Positions 27,048 to 35,156 of a stretch of 64,000 nt of DNA are shown piece by piece. The notes under the pieces are model-generated. The model was given only the letters and a program-made list of their open reading frames with translations, was not told where the DNA came from and searched no databases. Origin of the DNA: a virus; the IMG/VR virus record IMGVR_UViG_3300044733_003647, positions 1 through 64,000 of that record, one strand, 5' to 3'. Made by a program: the position numbers and the translations under genes. Each line of letters starts with the position of its first letter. Position 1 is the stretch's first letter.

Positions 27048-27287
27048 ATGTTTTCTGTACTACATTACATTTCGGCTTCACGCCGCCTAAAAGAATCGGA
27101 CAAAACCATCTTTATGTTGGGTGGTAAAGAAGATTGTGATGCAATGATTCTTGCACAAAATGAAATGATCAAACTAGAAAGAGATTACTACAAAGAAGAA
27201 TCAATCAAGTTTGCATTTTACTTTTCTGTTATCTTCTTTGTTGTTATCATGGGTTTAACTTTTTATGTGAAGATGGTTAGTGTTTAA
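27048..27287 (+). CDS. Membrane-anchored hypothetical protein
   Basis: C-terminal TM segment; promoter TTGCCA(27013)-N17-CATAAT upstream. Confidence 0.6.
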   Translation: MFSVLHYISASRRLKESDKTIFMLGGKEDCDAMILAQNEMIKLERDYYKEESIKFAFYFSVIFFVVIMGLTFYVKMVSV

Positions 27288-27311
27288 TTTTTTATATTGA
27301 GGAGTGTTAAA

Positions 27312-27641
27312 ATGAGTTTATTTGTTGAAGTTAATTCTATCGAAAAAGGTTGTCCAGTTATCATTAACTTAGACCACATTGTAGAGATTGCACCATTGAT
27401 TGATGGTGGGTGTGCTTTGTTTATGATTGATAACGCTGGCATGAATTCTAAATCTGCACTGCGCGTATCTGACAGTTATGATCAGTTCAAACAATTTGCA
27501 ATGCAAACTGTAACCGCTGAAGACATTGCTGCACGTTTTCCTAAGGCTAAAAAAGAACCTGCACCTGTTGCTGACCTGCTGCCGGGTCAAAAGAACATTA
27601 AGAGCAAGCCTTCTGAAAGCATTGAAATTCCCAAACTTTGA
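27312..27641 (+). CDS. Hypothetical protein
   Basis: SD GAGGAG. Confidence 0.7.
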   Translation: MSLFVEVNSIEKGCPVIINLDHIVEIAPLIDGGCALFMIDNAGMNSKSALRVSDSYDQFKQFAMQTVTAEDIAARFPKAKKEPAPVADLLPGQKNIKSKPSESIEIPKL

Positions 27642-27650
27642 AATAAATAG

Positions 27651-27938
27651 ATGATAGAGCTTTTTAAACCAACGTTCGATTGGATCAAAGATGACTTTGC
27701 CTCTCATCCTTTTCGCTTTTGTATTGAGCTTCTCGCTTGGGCTATCAGCATTGGTTGCTCTATCACTATGGCAATTACCGTCCCGAATCCTCCCCTTCTT
27801 GCTCTTTATCCTGTATGGATCTTGGGTTGTAGCCTCTACGCTTGGGCTGCTTTTACTCGGAAGAGTTTTGGGATGCTTGCTAACTACCTCTTGTTAACTA
27901 CAATCGATACTGTGGGTTTGATTAGGATGTTGATGTAA
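27651..27938 (+). CDS. Membrane protein (about 3 TM)
   Basis: Hydrophobic segments. Confidence 0.7.
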   Translation: MIELFKPTFDWIKDDFASHPFRFCIELLAWAISIGCSITMAITVPNPPLLALYPVWILGCSLYAWAAFTRKSFGMLANYLLLTTIDTVGLIRMLM

Positions 27939-28117
27939 TGATACCTCGCCTGAATCTTGTGTTACTTTCATTGTTGGGTTCCCACGAACTGGTAAACAAA
28001 TGGTGGAAATCCAACAATAAAGCCTTTGATAATGAAACACCGGAGAATATGTTTGCCAAAGACTCAGAAAGAGTGATAAACTACATCAAATCTCAACTTA
28101 ATGGTGATTATTCGTGA
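27938..28117 (+). CDS. Xre/MbcA/ParS antitoxin C-terminal-like domain protein (59 aa)
   Basis: Manual translation MIPRLNLVLLSLLGSHELVNKWWKSNNKAFDNETPENMFAKDSERVINYIKSQLNGDYS. Confidence 0.55.
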   Translation: MIPRLNLVLLSLLGSHELVNKWWKSNNKAFDNETPENMFAKDSERVINYIKSQLNGDYS

Positions 28118-28695
28118 ACATCTTTTATCTTGATCCTGATCCCAAAATCTGTGCAGAAATGCATGTGTCAAAGCATGTTGTCAAAATGATTATTGAGTAT
28201 GCACAGCTCATGTCAACGGCTCATCGTGTACTTGATGGCACACAATACACTGACTTGACAGCAAATGGCCGGCGTATTCAACGTTGGCGCATGAGTGATC
28301 CTGTTATGGAATCCACGTTGTACAAAGCATCACACATTAATCATCCATCGGCTATCTGGTGCCGCGAGAACAAAGAAAATTATGTGTGGCTCTACCGCAT
28401 GTGGTTTTATTTGTTGCAAGAATACACCTATCGTTATGGTAGACAACATGAATGTGCAAAACTACGCGCTGCACTTTATTTGACACCTGAAAATATTCCT
28501 GATGGCAAATTCTTTGCACCAACACCAGCAATGCCACAGGAACTGAAGATTGTTGCCGAAAATCCAGTGCCTGGACGCAAATATGACTCACTTAAGTCAT
28601 ATCATAATTACTATATAAAGGACAAGATTCGTTTTGCCTCATGGAAAGGCAAAATTAATTCACGTAATATTCCTGATTGGTTTCAAACTGCATGA
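28114..28695 (+). CDS. Pyrimidine-dimer DNA glycosylase (DenV)-related protein
   Basis: MNIFYLD.DP..CA..H..KHVVKMI.E.AQL.STAH, H.NHP and PAMP. Confidence 0.75.
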   Translation: MNIFYLDPDPKICAEMHVSKHVVKMIIEYAQLMSTAHRVLDGTQYTDLTANGRRIQRWRMSDPVMESTLYKASHINHPSAIWCRENKENYVWLYRMWFYLLQEYTYRYGRQHECAKLRAALYLTPENIPDGKFFAPTPAMPQELKIVAENPVPGRKYDSLKSYHNYYIKDKIRFASWKGKINSRNIPDWFQTA

Positions 28696-28970
28696 TCTAT
28701 ACATTTTTAAATACTAACACTGGTCAAGTCGAAGAACATACAATGAGACTTTCTGAGTATGATTCTTTTAAAGAAAACAATCCGCATCTCCAACGACATT
28801 TCTCATCTGACAGCATCCCTGGGTTAGGTGACGGAATGCGTATGGACACACCAGGAACAGGCAAGGCAGATTCCACCTTTGAGAAGTACGTCATCAACCG
28901 TATCAAAGAAACCGTGCCCGGAAACACGGTTAAATCTGGCCACAAAACAAAGATGCAAAGAGAGTGGTAA
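28692..28970 (+). CDS. Small FmdB-like protein
   Basis: MIYTFLNTNTG..F...NPHL; located upstream of phoH. Confidence 0.6.
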   Translation: MIYTFLNTNTGQVEEHTMRLSEYDSFKENNPHLQRHFSSDSIPGLGDGMRMDTPGTGKADSTFEKYVINRIKETVPGNTVKSGHKTKMQREW

Positions 28971-29108
28971 TGGTTCAAATACCTGCATTGTTCCTACCTA
29001 AGAAATCGTCTGAGAAAAGAAAACCTCAGACCAAAGAACCACAAAAGCAACAAAAAAAGCCCAGTGGTCCTGGTAAAAAAGTTTCTGCACTACTAAAAGG
29101 GAGAGTTG

Positions 29109-29873
29109 ATGGTTACAAAGAAAACAGCAGCCAGATATGCCGAGCAACAAGAAGAAGAGTGTGTTAATAAAACAAGACACCAACCGGTAACAAACAATTC
29201 ACTCAGAATCAAATTAGATCATTTAAAAACATTTGAACCACTAACAGAGAACCAAAAACTATTTTTTGAAATGTATAAAGGTGGTGCCTACTTCATGGGA
29301 CTATTTGGTAGTCCAGGTGTAGGCAAAACATTTTTGGCTCTGTACAAATCACTAGAAGAAGTTTTAGATAAAACCAATTCGTTCAAACAAGTTGTTGTTG
29401 TTCGAAGTCTAGTACAATTACGTGATGTTGGTTTCTTGCCAGGTTCACTGGATGAGAAACAAGAAATCTATGAGTTGCCATACAAAGAAATTTGTCATAC
29501 ATTATTTGGAAGACCTGATGCCTGGGATAGGTTGAAGGAACAAGGATATGTTAGATTCATTTCGACAACTGCAATTCGTGGTATCTCTATTGATGATGCC
29601 ATTATTATTGTTGATGAGAACCAGAACTTAAATTGGTCTGAAGTCAACACAATTATTACACGTGTTGGCCATCGTTCAAAGATTATTTTCTCTGGCGACT
29701 TCAAACAAACTGACCTAATTAAGAATAATAAAGATCAGTCTGCATTCCATAGTTTCTTGGAAGTTGCGAGAAAGATGCCATCGTTTCAGGAGATTTATTT
29801 TACGCCTGATGATATTGTTAGAAGCAGTTTAGTTAAGCAATGGATTGTGGCTTGCGAAGAACTCGGTTATTAA
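29109..29873 (+). CDS. phoH: PhoH-like ATPase
   Basis: PLTENQ, GSPGVGKTFLA, GFLPG, IRG, DENQN and SGDFKQTD. Confidence 0.92.
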   Translation: MVTKKTAARYAEQQEEECVNKTRHQPVTNNSLRIKLDHLKTFEPLTENQKLFFEMYKGGAYFMGLFGSPGVGKTFLALYKSLEEVLDKTNSFKQVVVVRSLVQLRDVGFLPGSLDEKQEIYELPYKEICHTLFGRPDAWDRLKEQGYVRFISTTAIRGISIDDAIIIVDENQNLNWSEVNTIITRVGHRSKIIFSGDFKQTDLIKNNKDQSAFHSFLEVARKMPSFQEIYFTPDDIVRSSLVKQWIVACEELGY

Positions 29874-29888
29874 TAGAAAGATTTTGCT

Positions 29889-30542
29889 ATGTTTAATTAT
29901 TGCCCACCAATGAAGTTGCCTGAACTGAAGTCAGAAACATTTCCAAATGGTAAAAGATATTACGTCACACCAAGTGGATCAAAACTGCCTTCAGTCACCA
30001 CTGTAGTCGGCGCACAGAAGAAAGAGGCCATCATGGCCTGGCGCCGTAGGGTTGGTGAAGAAACTGCAAATAAGATTTCTAAACAGGCAACTTCAAGGGG
30101 CACTAATGTTCATACGCTTTGCGAAAAGTATTTGAACAATGAGGCATTAGGTGAGATGATGCCTGATGCATTTCAAATGTTCAAGTCTCTTAAACCTCTA
30201 TTGAATCGTATCAACAACATTCATTATCAAGAGGTTGCGCTGTGGTCTGAACAACTAGGATTGGCAGGTCGTGTTGACTGTATCGGTGAATTTGATGGCA
30301 AACTATCGGTAATTGATTTTAAAACTTCTAAAAAAGTTAAGAATCTAGAAGACATTGAAGATTACTTTTGGCAAACTACCGCATATGCACTGATGTATGA
30401 GGAACTGGTCGGTAAACCGATTGATGATCTTGTGATTATCATGGCCGTACAAGATGGTGAGCCAATTCTTTTCAAGCAGAAGACCTCGGATCATATCGTT
30501 GGTTTGGTGAAAGCCATTGATTATTACCGAAAAAACTCTTGA
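29889..30542 (+). CDS. PD-(D/E)XK exonuclease (T4-like exonuclease A type)
   Basis: PSVTTV, RGT.VH, AGRVDCI, IDFKTS and Q..AYA. Confidence 0.88.
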   Translation: MFNYCPPMKLPELKSETFPNGKRYYVTPSGSKLPSVTTVVGAQKKEAIMAWRRRVGEETANKISKQATSRGTNVHTLCEKYLNNEALGEMMPDAFQMFKSLKPLLNRINNIHYQEVALWSEQLGLAGRVDCIGEFDGKLSVIDFKTSKKVKNLEDIEDYFWQTTAYALMYEELVGKPIDDLVIIMAVQDGEPILFKQKTSDHIVGLVKAIDYYRKNS

Positions 30543-30567
30543 CAACTAAATAAATTACCACTATAAT
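30539..30567 (+). promoter_or_regulatory. Perfect sigma70 promoter for tmRNA, with a late-like TAAATA in the spacer
   Basis: TTGACA-N17-TATAAT. Confidence 0.85.
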
Positions 30568-30573
30568 AGTGGT

Positions 30574-30919
30574 TATGGTTGTATGAAGCAACTGGAAACG
30601 TGTTCTGGACGGCGGTTCGATTCCGCCCAGGTCCACCAAAAGAATTCTGAGTGTACCGTAATCGGTCTTGAACCGTGCGGTGAAGGTGTTAAGCAGTAAC
30701 AAGTGAACCTGTAGCACTAGAGCGACACCTGCTCCTTAGACAGAATTCTTCTGATGGGCCTGACCAGGTTTCGACAGGGCAAAGAGTATAGAAGTGGACA
30801 ACTCACCAGAGAAGGTGTAAAAACTAAATTAAGTAAACGCAAACGATGAAAAGTTCGCATTGGCAGCCTAAACGCTGACTAGGGTTTCGATAGGTTTCCT
30901 CGTAACAGAATAACCTATC
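30574..30919 (+). ncRNA. ssrA: Circularly permuted (two-piece) tmRNA
   Basis: T-arm GGCGG-TTCGATT-CCGCC and CAGGTCC-A-CCA (ends 30638) precede GGGCCTG (30756). The acceptor stem has the G3-U70 pair. Tag ORF 30839-30871 reads ANDEKFALAA*. Outer ends are approximate. Confidence 0.93.
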
Positions 30920-30939
30920 ACAACATTGAAAGGAAAACA

Positions 30940-31497
30940 ATGAAAAGTAAACCAATACTTTTATCCATTGCTTTTTCTGCGACAATTCTGTTTTTGGGTA
31001 TGATTAACGTTGATCTTCATCGTATACTGCCATTCAAAACATCTTATGAGCTTTTGTCTAAAGATGTTCAGAAACAAGTTACATGTCTCGCGGAAAATAT
31101 CTACTTTGAGGCCGCACATGAGCCTCTAGACGGCAAAAAAGCCGTTGCGTTTGTGACGATTAATCGTTTGCAAACTGGAAATTATGCACACACTATCTGT
31201 GATGTTGTCTTTCAAAAGACTAATGGAACTTGCCAGTTCTCTTGGTACTGTGACGAATCCGTCCTTAGAAAACGCTTGACAATACGTGATACAAAACTGT
31301 ATAATGAGATTCGTGAGTTGGCAATTCACATGGTTGTCAATTACGAACGTATGAAAGATGTTACGGATGGTGCAACATACTATCATGCGGATTATGTGAA
31401 TCCTGGGTGGAAATTAAAGAAGGTCGACCAGATTGGTCGTCACATCTTTTATCGAAGCAACAAGGATAATATTGATAGAAATAAGGAGATTATATGA
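30940..31497 (+). CDS. Cell wall hydrolase, SleB/Hydrolase_2 family
   Basis: CLAENIYFEA, AVA.VT.NR, CQFSW, GATYYHADYVNP.W and IGRHIFY; N-terminal TM segment. Confidence 0.9.
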   Translation: MKSKPILLSIAFSATILFLGMINVDLHRILPFKTSYELLSKDVQKQVTCLAENIYFEAAHEPLDGKKAVAFVTINRLQTGNYAHTICDVVFQKTNGTCQFSWYCDESVLRKRLTIRDTKLYNEIRELAIHMVVNYERMKDVTDGATYYHADYVNPGWKLKKVDQIGRHIFYRSNKDNIDRNKEII

Positions 31498-31730
31498 CTG
31501 AAAAAGTGAGTAAAACTAACGAAATGATGACTGTTATTGTTTGTGTAACAATCATTGCATGTTCTCTTGTCATTGGTGGTTTCTTGTACAACATCAATGA
31601 TCGCAATAACATGGCAAAGAATATCGATTCAGCAATTCAAAAGGGTGTCGATCCAATTTCCGTTAAGTGTTCATATGAAGTCAATTCATCATCTACGTGT
31701 ATTGCATATGCAATGGCTCTGAAAAAGTAA
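31494..31730 (+). CDS. Membrane-anchored hypothetical protein
   Basis: N-terminal TM segment; AIQKGVDPISVKC. Confidence 0.7.
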   Translation: MTEKVSKTNEMMTVIVCVTIIACSLVIGGFLYNINDRNNMAKNIDSAIQKGVDPISVKCSYEVNSSSTCIAYAMALKK

Positions 31731-31732
31731 TC

Positions 31733-31954
31733 ATGCCAACAAAGAATGAAATTAGTGATTTCAGTAACAAGATTATTGAAATGGTTGAATCTGATGGTTG
31801 TACCATTATGGATGCAATCGTCAGTGTATGTGAAAAAACTGGTATGGAAATTGATGTTGCTTCTACACTCATTTCAAACTCTCTTAAAAGCAAACTGAGA
31901 GAAGAGGCAGAATCGCTTAACATGCTGAAGAAGAGTGCTAAATTGCCACTATGA
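31733..31954 (+). CDS. 33: Late transcription coactivator gp33
   Basis: FS..I..MV....MDAIV..CE....EI......LIS..LK.K...EA..LN; synteny with gp59 and gp32. Confidence 0.85.
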   Translation: MPTKNEISDFSNKIIEMVESDGCTIMDAIVSVCEKTGMEIDVASTLISNSLKSKLREEAESLNMLKKSAKLPL

Positions 31955-32571
31955 TTCTAACGTATGAAGAGGGTTCTGGCTTCTCTGCCTTTGCCATATT
32001 CAATGCCATCAAACTTCATTTTACTTCTGATTCTTACGATTTTTTTAGGTATAACGGTAAGTCAAACGTTACTAAACAAAACTTCGCCAATCGAAAAGAC
32101 AAGTATTCGTTCTATAAACTATCCAGAAAATATAGGAATGAAGACTTGATGAATTTCTATATTGCCAATTTCTTGGTCAAAGATGTGAACTGGATTGGTG
32201 ATATAACAGGCGCAGAAGGTGAAGAGAATTACAAGATGTGGCAGAAAAGAAACCAGAGCTTGAATTATCGATTCAAAGAAGATATAATGTACCTCATGGG
32301 CAAAGTTTCTATCGGTTCTGACATGATTAAAGTGAAAGATGGTCAGTATCCTTTACTGTTGAATGAGACTATGCAAGGTGCGGTGACCATCGAAACTTTG
32401 TCCATACTAAATCACATGATGGGCTTTTTTGAAATGTGGAACAAAAAGATTTCTGATACAATTATTTGGCCCACCTGGAAAAGAAAGTGTGAGAAATACA
32501 CACCATTCATTCATTACGATGAATCGAAATATAAAGAAACATTTAAAGAGGCAATCAAAGAATATGCCTAA
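31951..32571 (+). CDS. 59: Helicase loader gp59
   Basis: AIKLHFT...YDFFRYNGK, RKDKY.F.KL and KYTPF. Confidence 0.9.
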   Translation: MILTYEEGSGFSAFAIFNAIKLHFTSDSYDFFRYNGKSNVTKQNFANRKDKYSFYKLSRKYRNEDLMNFYIANFLVKDVNWIGDITGAEGEENYKMWQKRNQSLNYRFKEDIMYLMGKVSIGSDMIKVKDGQYPLLLNETMQGAVTIETLSILNHMMGFFEMWNKKISDTIIWPTWKRKCEKYTPFIHYDESKYKETFKEAIKEYA

Positions 32572-32577
32572 ATACTA

Positions 32578-32651
32578 TTGACATGGTTTCTTTATCATGT
32601 TACAATCCGTTTTTGTTATGAATCGTGTGGATAATCCGTTAATAATCCGTT
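32578..32651 (+). promoter_or_regulatory. Gene 32 promoter and repeated leader
   Basis: TTGACA(32578)-N17-TACAAT; AATCCGTT three times; DnaA box at 32626. Confidence 0.7.
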
Positions 32652-32666
32652 TAAAAAGGAAATACA

Positions 32667-33551
32667 ATGAGCAATTTTGCTAATATGAAGAAATCGTCCG
32701 GCAATCTGGACAAACTCACTAAAGCCATTGAAGCACTCAACGCTTCTTCTGAAGGTAAGTCCGACAAAGATAATTTCTGGAAACCAGAAGTTGATAAGTC
32801 CGGCAACGGCATGGCAACCATTCGTTTTCTACCTGCACCAGCTGTTGATGGTGATGATGGTCTGCCTTGGGTCAAAATCTATTCTCATGGATTCCAAGGT
32901 CCTGGTGGTTGGCTGATTGATAACTGTCTAACGACAAAGAATCAACAGTGTCCCGTGTGTGAACACAACAGCCGTCTGTGGAATTCAGGCATCGAAGCGA
33001 ACAAAGAAATCGTTCGTAAACAGAAACGCAAACTCAATTACATGGCAAACGTGTACATTGTTTCTGATCCAAAACATCCTGAGAATGAAGGTAAAGTGAA
33101 ACTATATCGTTTCGGTGCAAAGATTTTCGAGAAGATCACCGAAGCAATGAACCCACAGTTTGAAGATGAGACCGCAATCAATCCTTTTGATCTGTGGAAA
33201 GGTGCTAACTTCAAGTTGAAGATCACCAAGGTTGCTGGTTATCAGAACTATGATAAGTCTGAATTCATGTCACCTTCTGCACTTCTTGATGATGATGAAG
33301 AACTCGAAAAGATTTGGAAATCTGAACACTCTCTTAACGAAATGATTTCAGATAAAGAATTCAAGTCTTATGATGAACTGAAGTCTCGTTTGGATAAAGT
33401 TCTTGGTGGTGCTGATGCGCCTGCAAAGACTACTGTTGAACAGATGCGTTCTGGTCCTAAGAAACCAGTTGTTGCTGATGATGCACCTTTTGAAGTGTCT
33501 GCTGATGATGATGAAATGTCTTACTTTTCCAAATTGGCAAACGAAGATTAA
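32667..33551 (+). CDS. 32: Single-stranded DNA-binding protein gp32
   Basis: DKSGNG.ATIRFLP, HGFQGPGGW, CPVCE, NFKLKI and NYDKSEF; acidic tail. Confidence 0.96.
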   Translation: MSNFANMKKSSGNLDKLTKAIEALNASSEGKSDKDNFWKPEVDKSGNGMATIRFLPAPAVDGDDGLPWVKIYSHGFQGPGGWLIDNCLTTKNQQCPVCEHNSRLWNSGIEANKEIVRKQKRKLNYMANVYIVSDPKHPENEGKVKLYRFGAKIFEKITEAMNPQFEDETAINPFDLWKGANFKLKITKVAGYQNYDKSEFMSPSALLDDDEELEKIWKSEHSLNEMISDKEFKSYDELKSRLDKVLGGADAPAKTTVEQMRSGPKKPVVADDAPFEVSADDDEMSYFSKLANED

Positions 33552-33585
33552 ACTGAGAAAAAACTGATCCTTTCTTCACAGTTCG

Positions 33586-33609
33586 ACCCCGCCTAGTGCG
33601 GGGTTTTTT
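33586..33609 (+). terminator. Rho-independent terminator
   Basis: ACCCCGC-CTAGT-GCGGGGT followed by a T-run, between convergent genes. Confidence 0.88.
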
Positions 33610-33611
33610 GT

Positions 33612-35156
33612 TTATACGACCCTTGTATTGTCCATAATTAGTCGCATAAACGTTGAATCCACATTTCTAACAGCAATCGTATTCAAATCTGCTATTTTTT
33701 GTGGCATCTGTCGTTGTTGAGCATTGTTGACATTATTGACAACAGTTGGACCACTACTGGTTCTAGTTATTGGCAAATTGACATTCAGATTCTGACTAAC
33801 TGCATCATTTAATCTAGAGGTCAAACCCGTTCCAGGAACCGATGCAGGCATTGCTGGTGCTGTTTGTGCTGGTGAAGCTGTCACACCAGGAGTTGTAGAT
33901 GCTCCAGTCATGCGATTAAATTGACCCATTCGACCTGGCTGAGCCGCCGCAGATGCTGATGCTGGTGCTGCTGATGCTGGTGCTGCTGATGCTGGTGCTA
34001 CTGGAGCGGGAGCAGTTTGTTTACTTGCAGGAGGTTCAACACCCGTCTTTCTGGTGCCATCATCATTATAATATGGAGCATAAACTCTGTTCCATTCTTC
34101 TTCATTTCTTTTTGCTGCAAGACCTGTTCCAATAAATTGTTTTTTGGTGAAGGCAAGTTTATCTGCCGATCCTGGCATAACCGCTGGCGCTGCGGGAACT
34201 TCATAAACTTTTGTGTCCGCTTCAATTTCTTTGACTTTACTCTCACCACCCAAGTTCAAAATCGTTAGTTTTTTAGCTGCTTTTTCCTCTTCGGTGTTTT
34301 CTGGCATGGCTAGTGCTTCTACAGCACGTTGTCTGCCATTCCTTACAATATCTTCCAAATATTCGCGGCCACCAAGAGCATCTATGTCTCTGGGACTTCC
34401 TTTCAAAGCATTTTCTGCTTCAGATGGGCTCAACGCCTTCATATTGGGTGTATTTTTGGCCAATCTATCCAGACCAACTGACAACAAAGCAATAAGCCCA
34501 ACAAGACTAGCCACACCCAATAACGCAAGACCAAGTGGGCTAGCAAACCACTTTAACACATTCATTAATCTTGAAGCTAAAGATGCACTACCAAGCAAAT
34601 CCAACAGTGAAGGACGTTTCTCTTCTTCAGTAACTTTTGATGCAGTTCCCAAACTTAAAGAACTGAGAACCTTTAATAGTTCTTTGTGTCTCTTTTCTGC
34701 TTCCAATTTCTTTTCTTCAGCAAAGTTTAACTCTGCATCACTTCTTTTTAGGTCTGCTTGTCTAGTAACTTGCATCAGATAATATATTTTTCTGAGCATT
34801 TCGTTGACGCCTTCACCCATTCCTGTTCTGGGTTCTTTGCCTATTCTAGATGCAGTTCCTCTATCACGAATTGGTCGCATACGACCAGAGAAATATTGAA
34901 TGTCTCTATCGGAGCGGCCAGTGATTTTACCAAGTAGAGCTGGACCTAAACTTGATCCACCAGTCAAAAATTTTGCAATATTTAATGGATCAAATTTCTC
35001 TTTGAAACCTTTTACTCTGGCTTGAGCTTTTAGTGATATTGTCTTTTTAAGTGCGCCGCGAATTGTTGGTGAATCAGCTAACTGATCCGACAAAAGATCG
35101 GCAAAACTTGTACCGCGTACTCTACTTGCTTTTTGGTAATCTAAATTAGTAGCCAT
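33612..35156 (-). CDS. Tail/baseplate hub-associated protein (tape-measure-like)
   Basis: Helical and Gly-rich N-terminus, APASA repeats, PTVVNNVNN C-terminus; position downstream of gp26/gp51. Confidence 0.55.
   Translation of the reverse strand: MATNLDYQKASRVRGTSFADLLSDQLADSPTIRGALKKTISLKAQARVKGFKEKFDPLNIAKFLTGGSSLGPALLGKITGRSDRDIQYFSGRMRPIRDRGTASRIGKEPRTGMGEGVNEMLRKIYYLMQVTRQADLKRSDAELNFAEEKKLEAEKRHKELLKVLSSLSLGTASKVTEEEKRPSLLDLLGSASLASRLMNVLKWFASPLGLALLGVASLVGLIALLSVGLDRLAKNTPNMKALSPSEAENALKGSPRDIDALGGREYLEDIVRNGRQRAVEALAMPENTEEEKAAKKLTILNLGGESKVKEIEADTKVYEVPAAPAVMPGSADKLAFTKKQFIGTGLAAKRNEEEWNRVYAPYYNDDGTRKTGVEPPASKQTAPAPVAPASAAPASAAPASASAAAQPGRMGQFNRMTGASTTPGVTASPAQTAPAMPASVPGTGLTSRLNDAVSQNLNVNLPITRTSSGPTVVNNVNNAQQRQMPQKIADLNTIAVRNVDSTFMRLIMDNTRVV

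Noticed and set aside
30605-30638. tRNA-like T-arm and CCA
   Set aside because: There is no D-arm or anticodon arm upstream; it is the acceptor piece of the permuted tmRNA. ORF 30472-30717 (-) is its antisense shadow.
30695-30730. Possible twister ribozyme in the tmRNA spacer (GGTGT-TAA...GAG..ACACC)
   Set aside because: P2, P4 and the pseudoknot pairings could not be built by eye; the resemblance is superficial.
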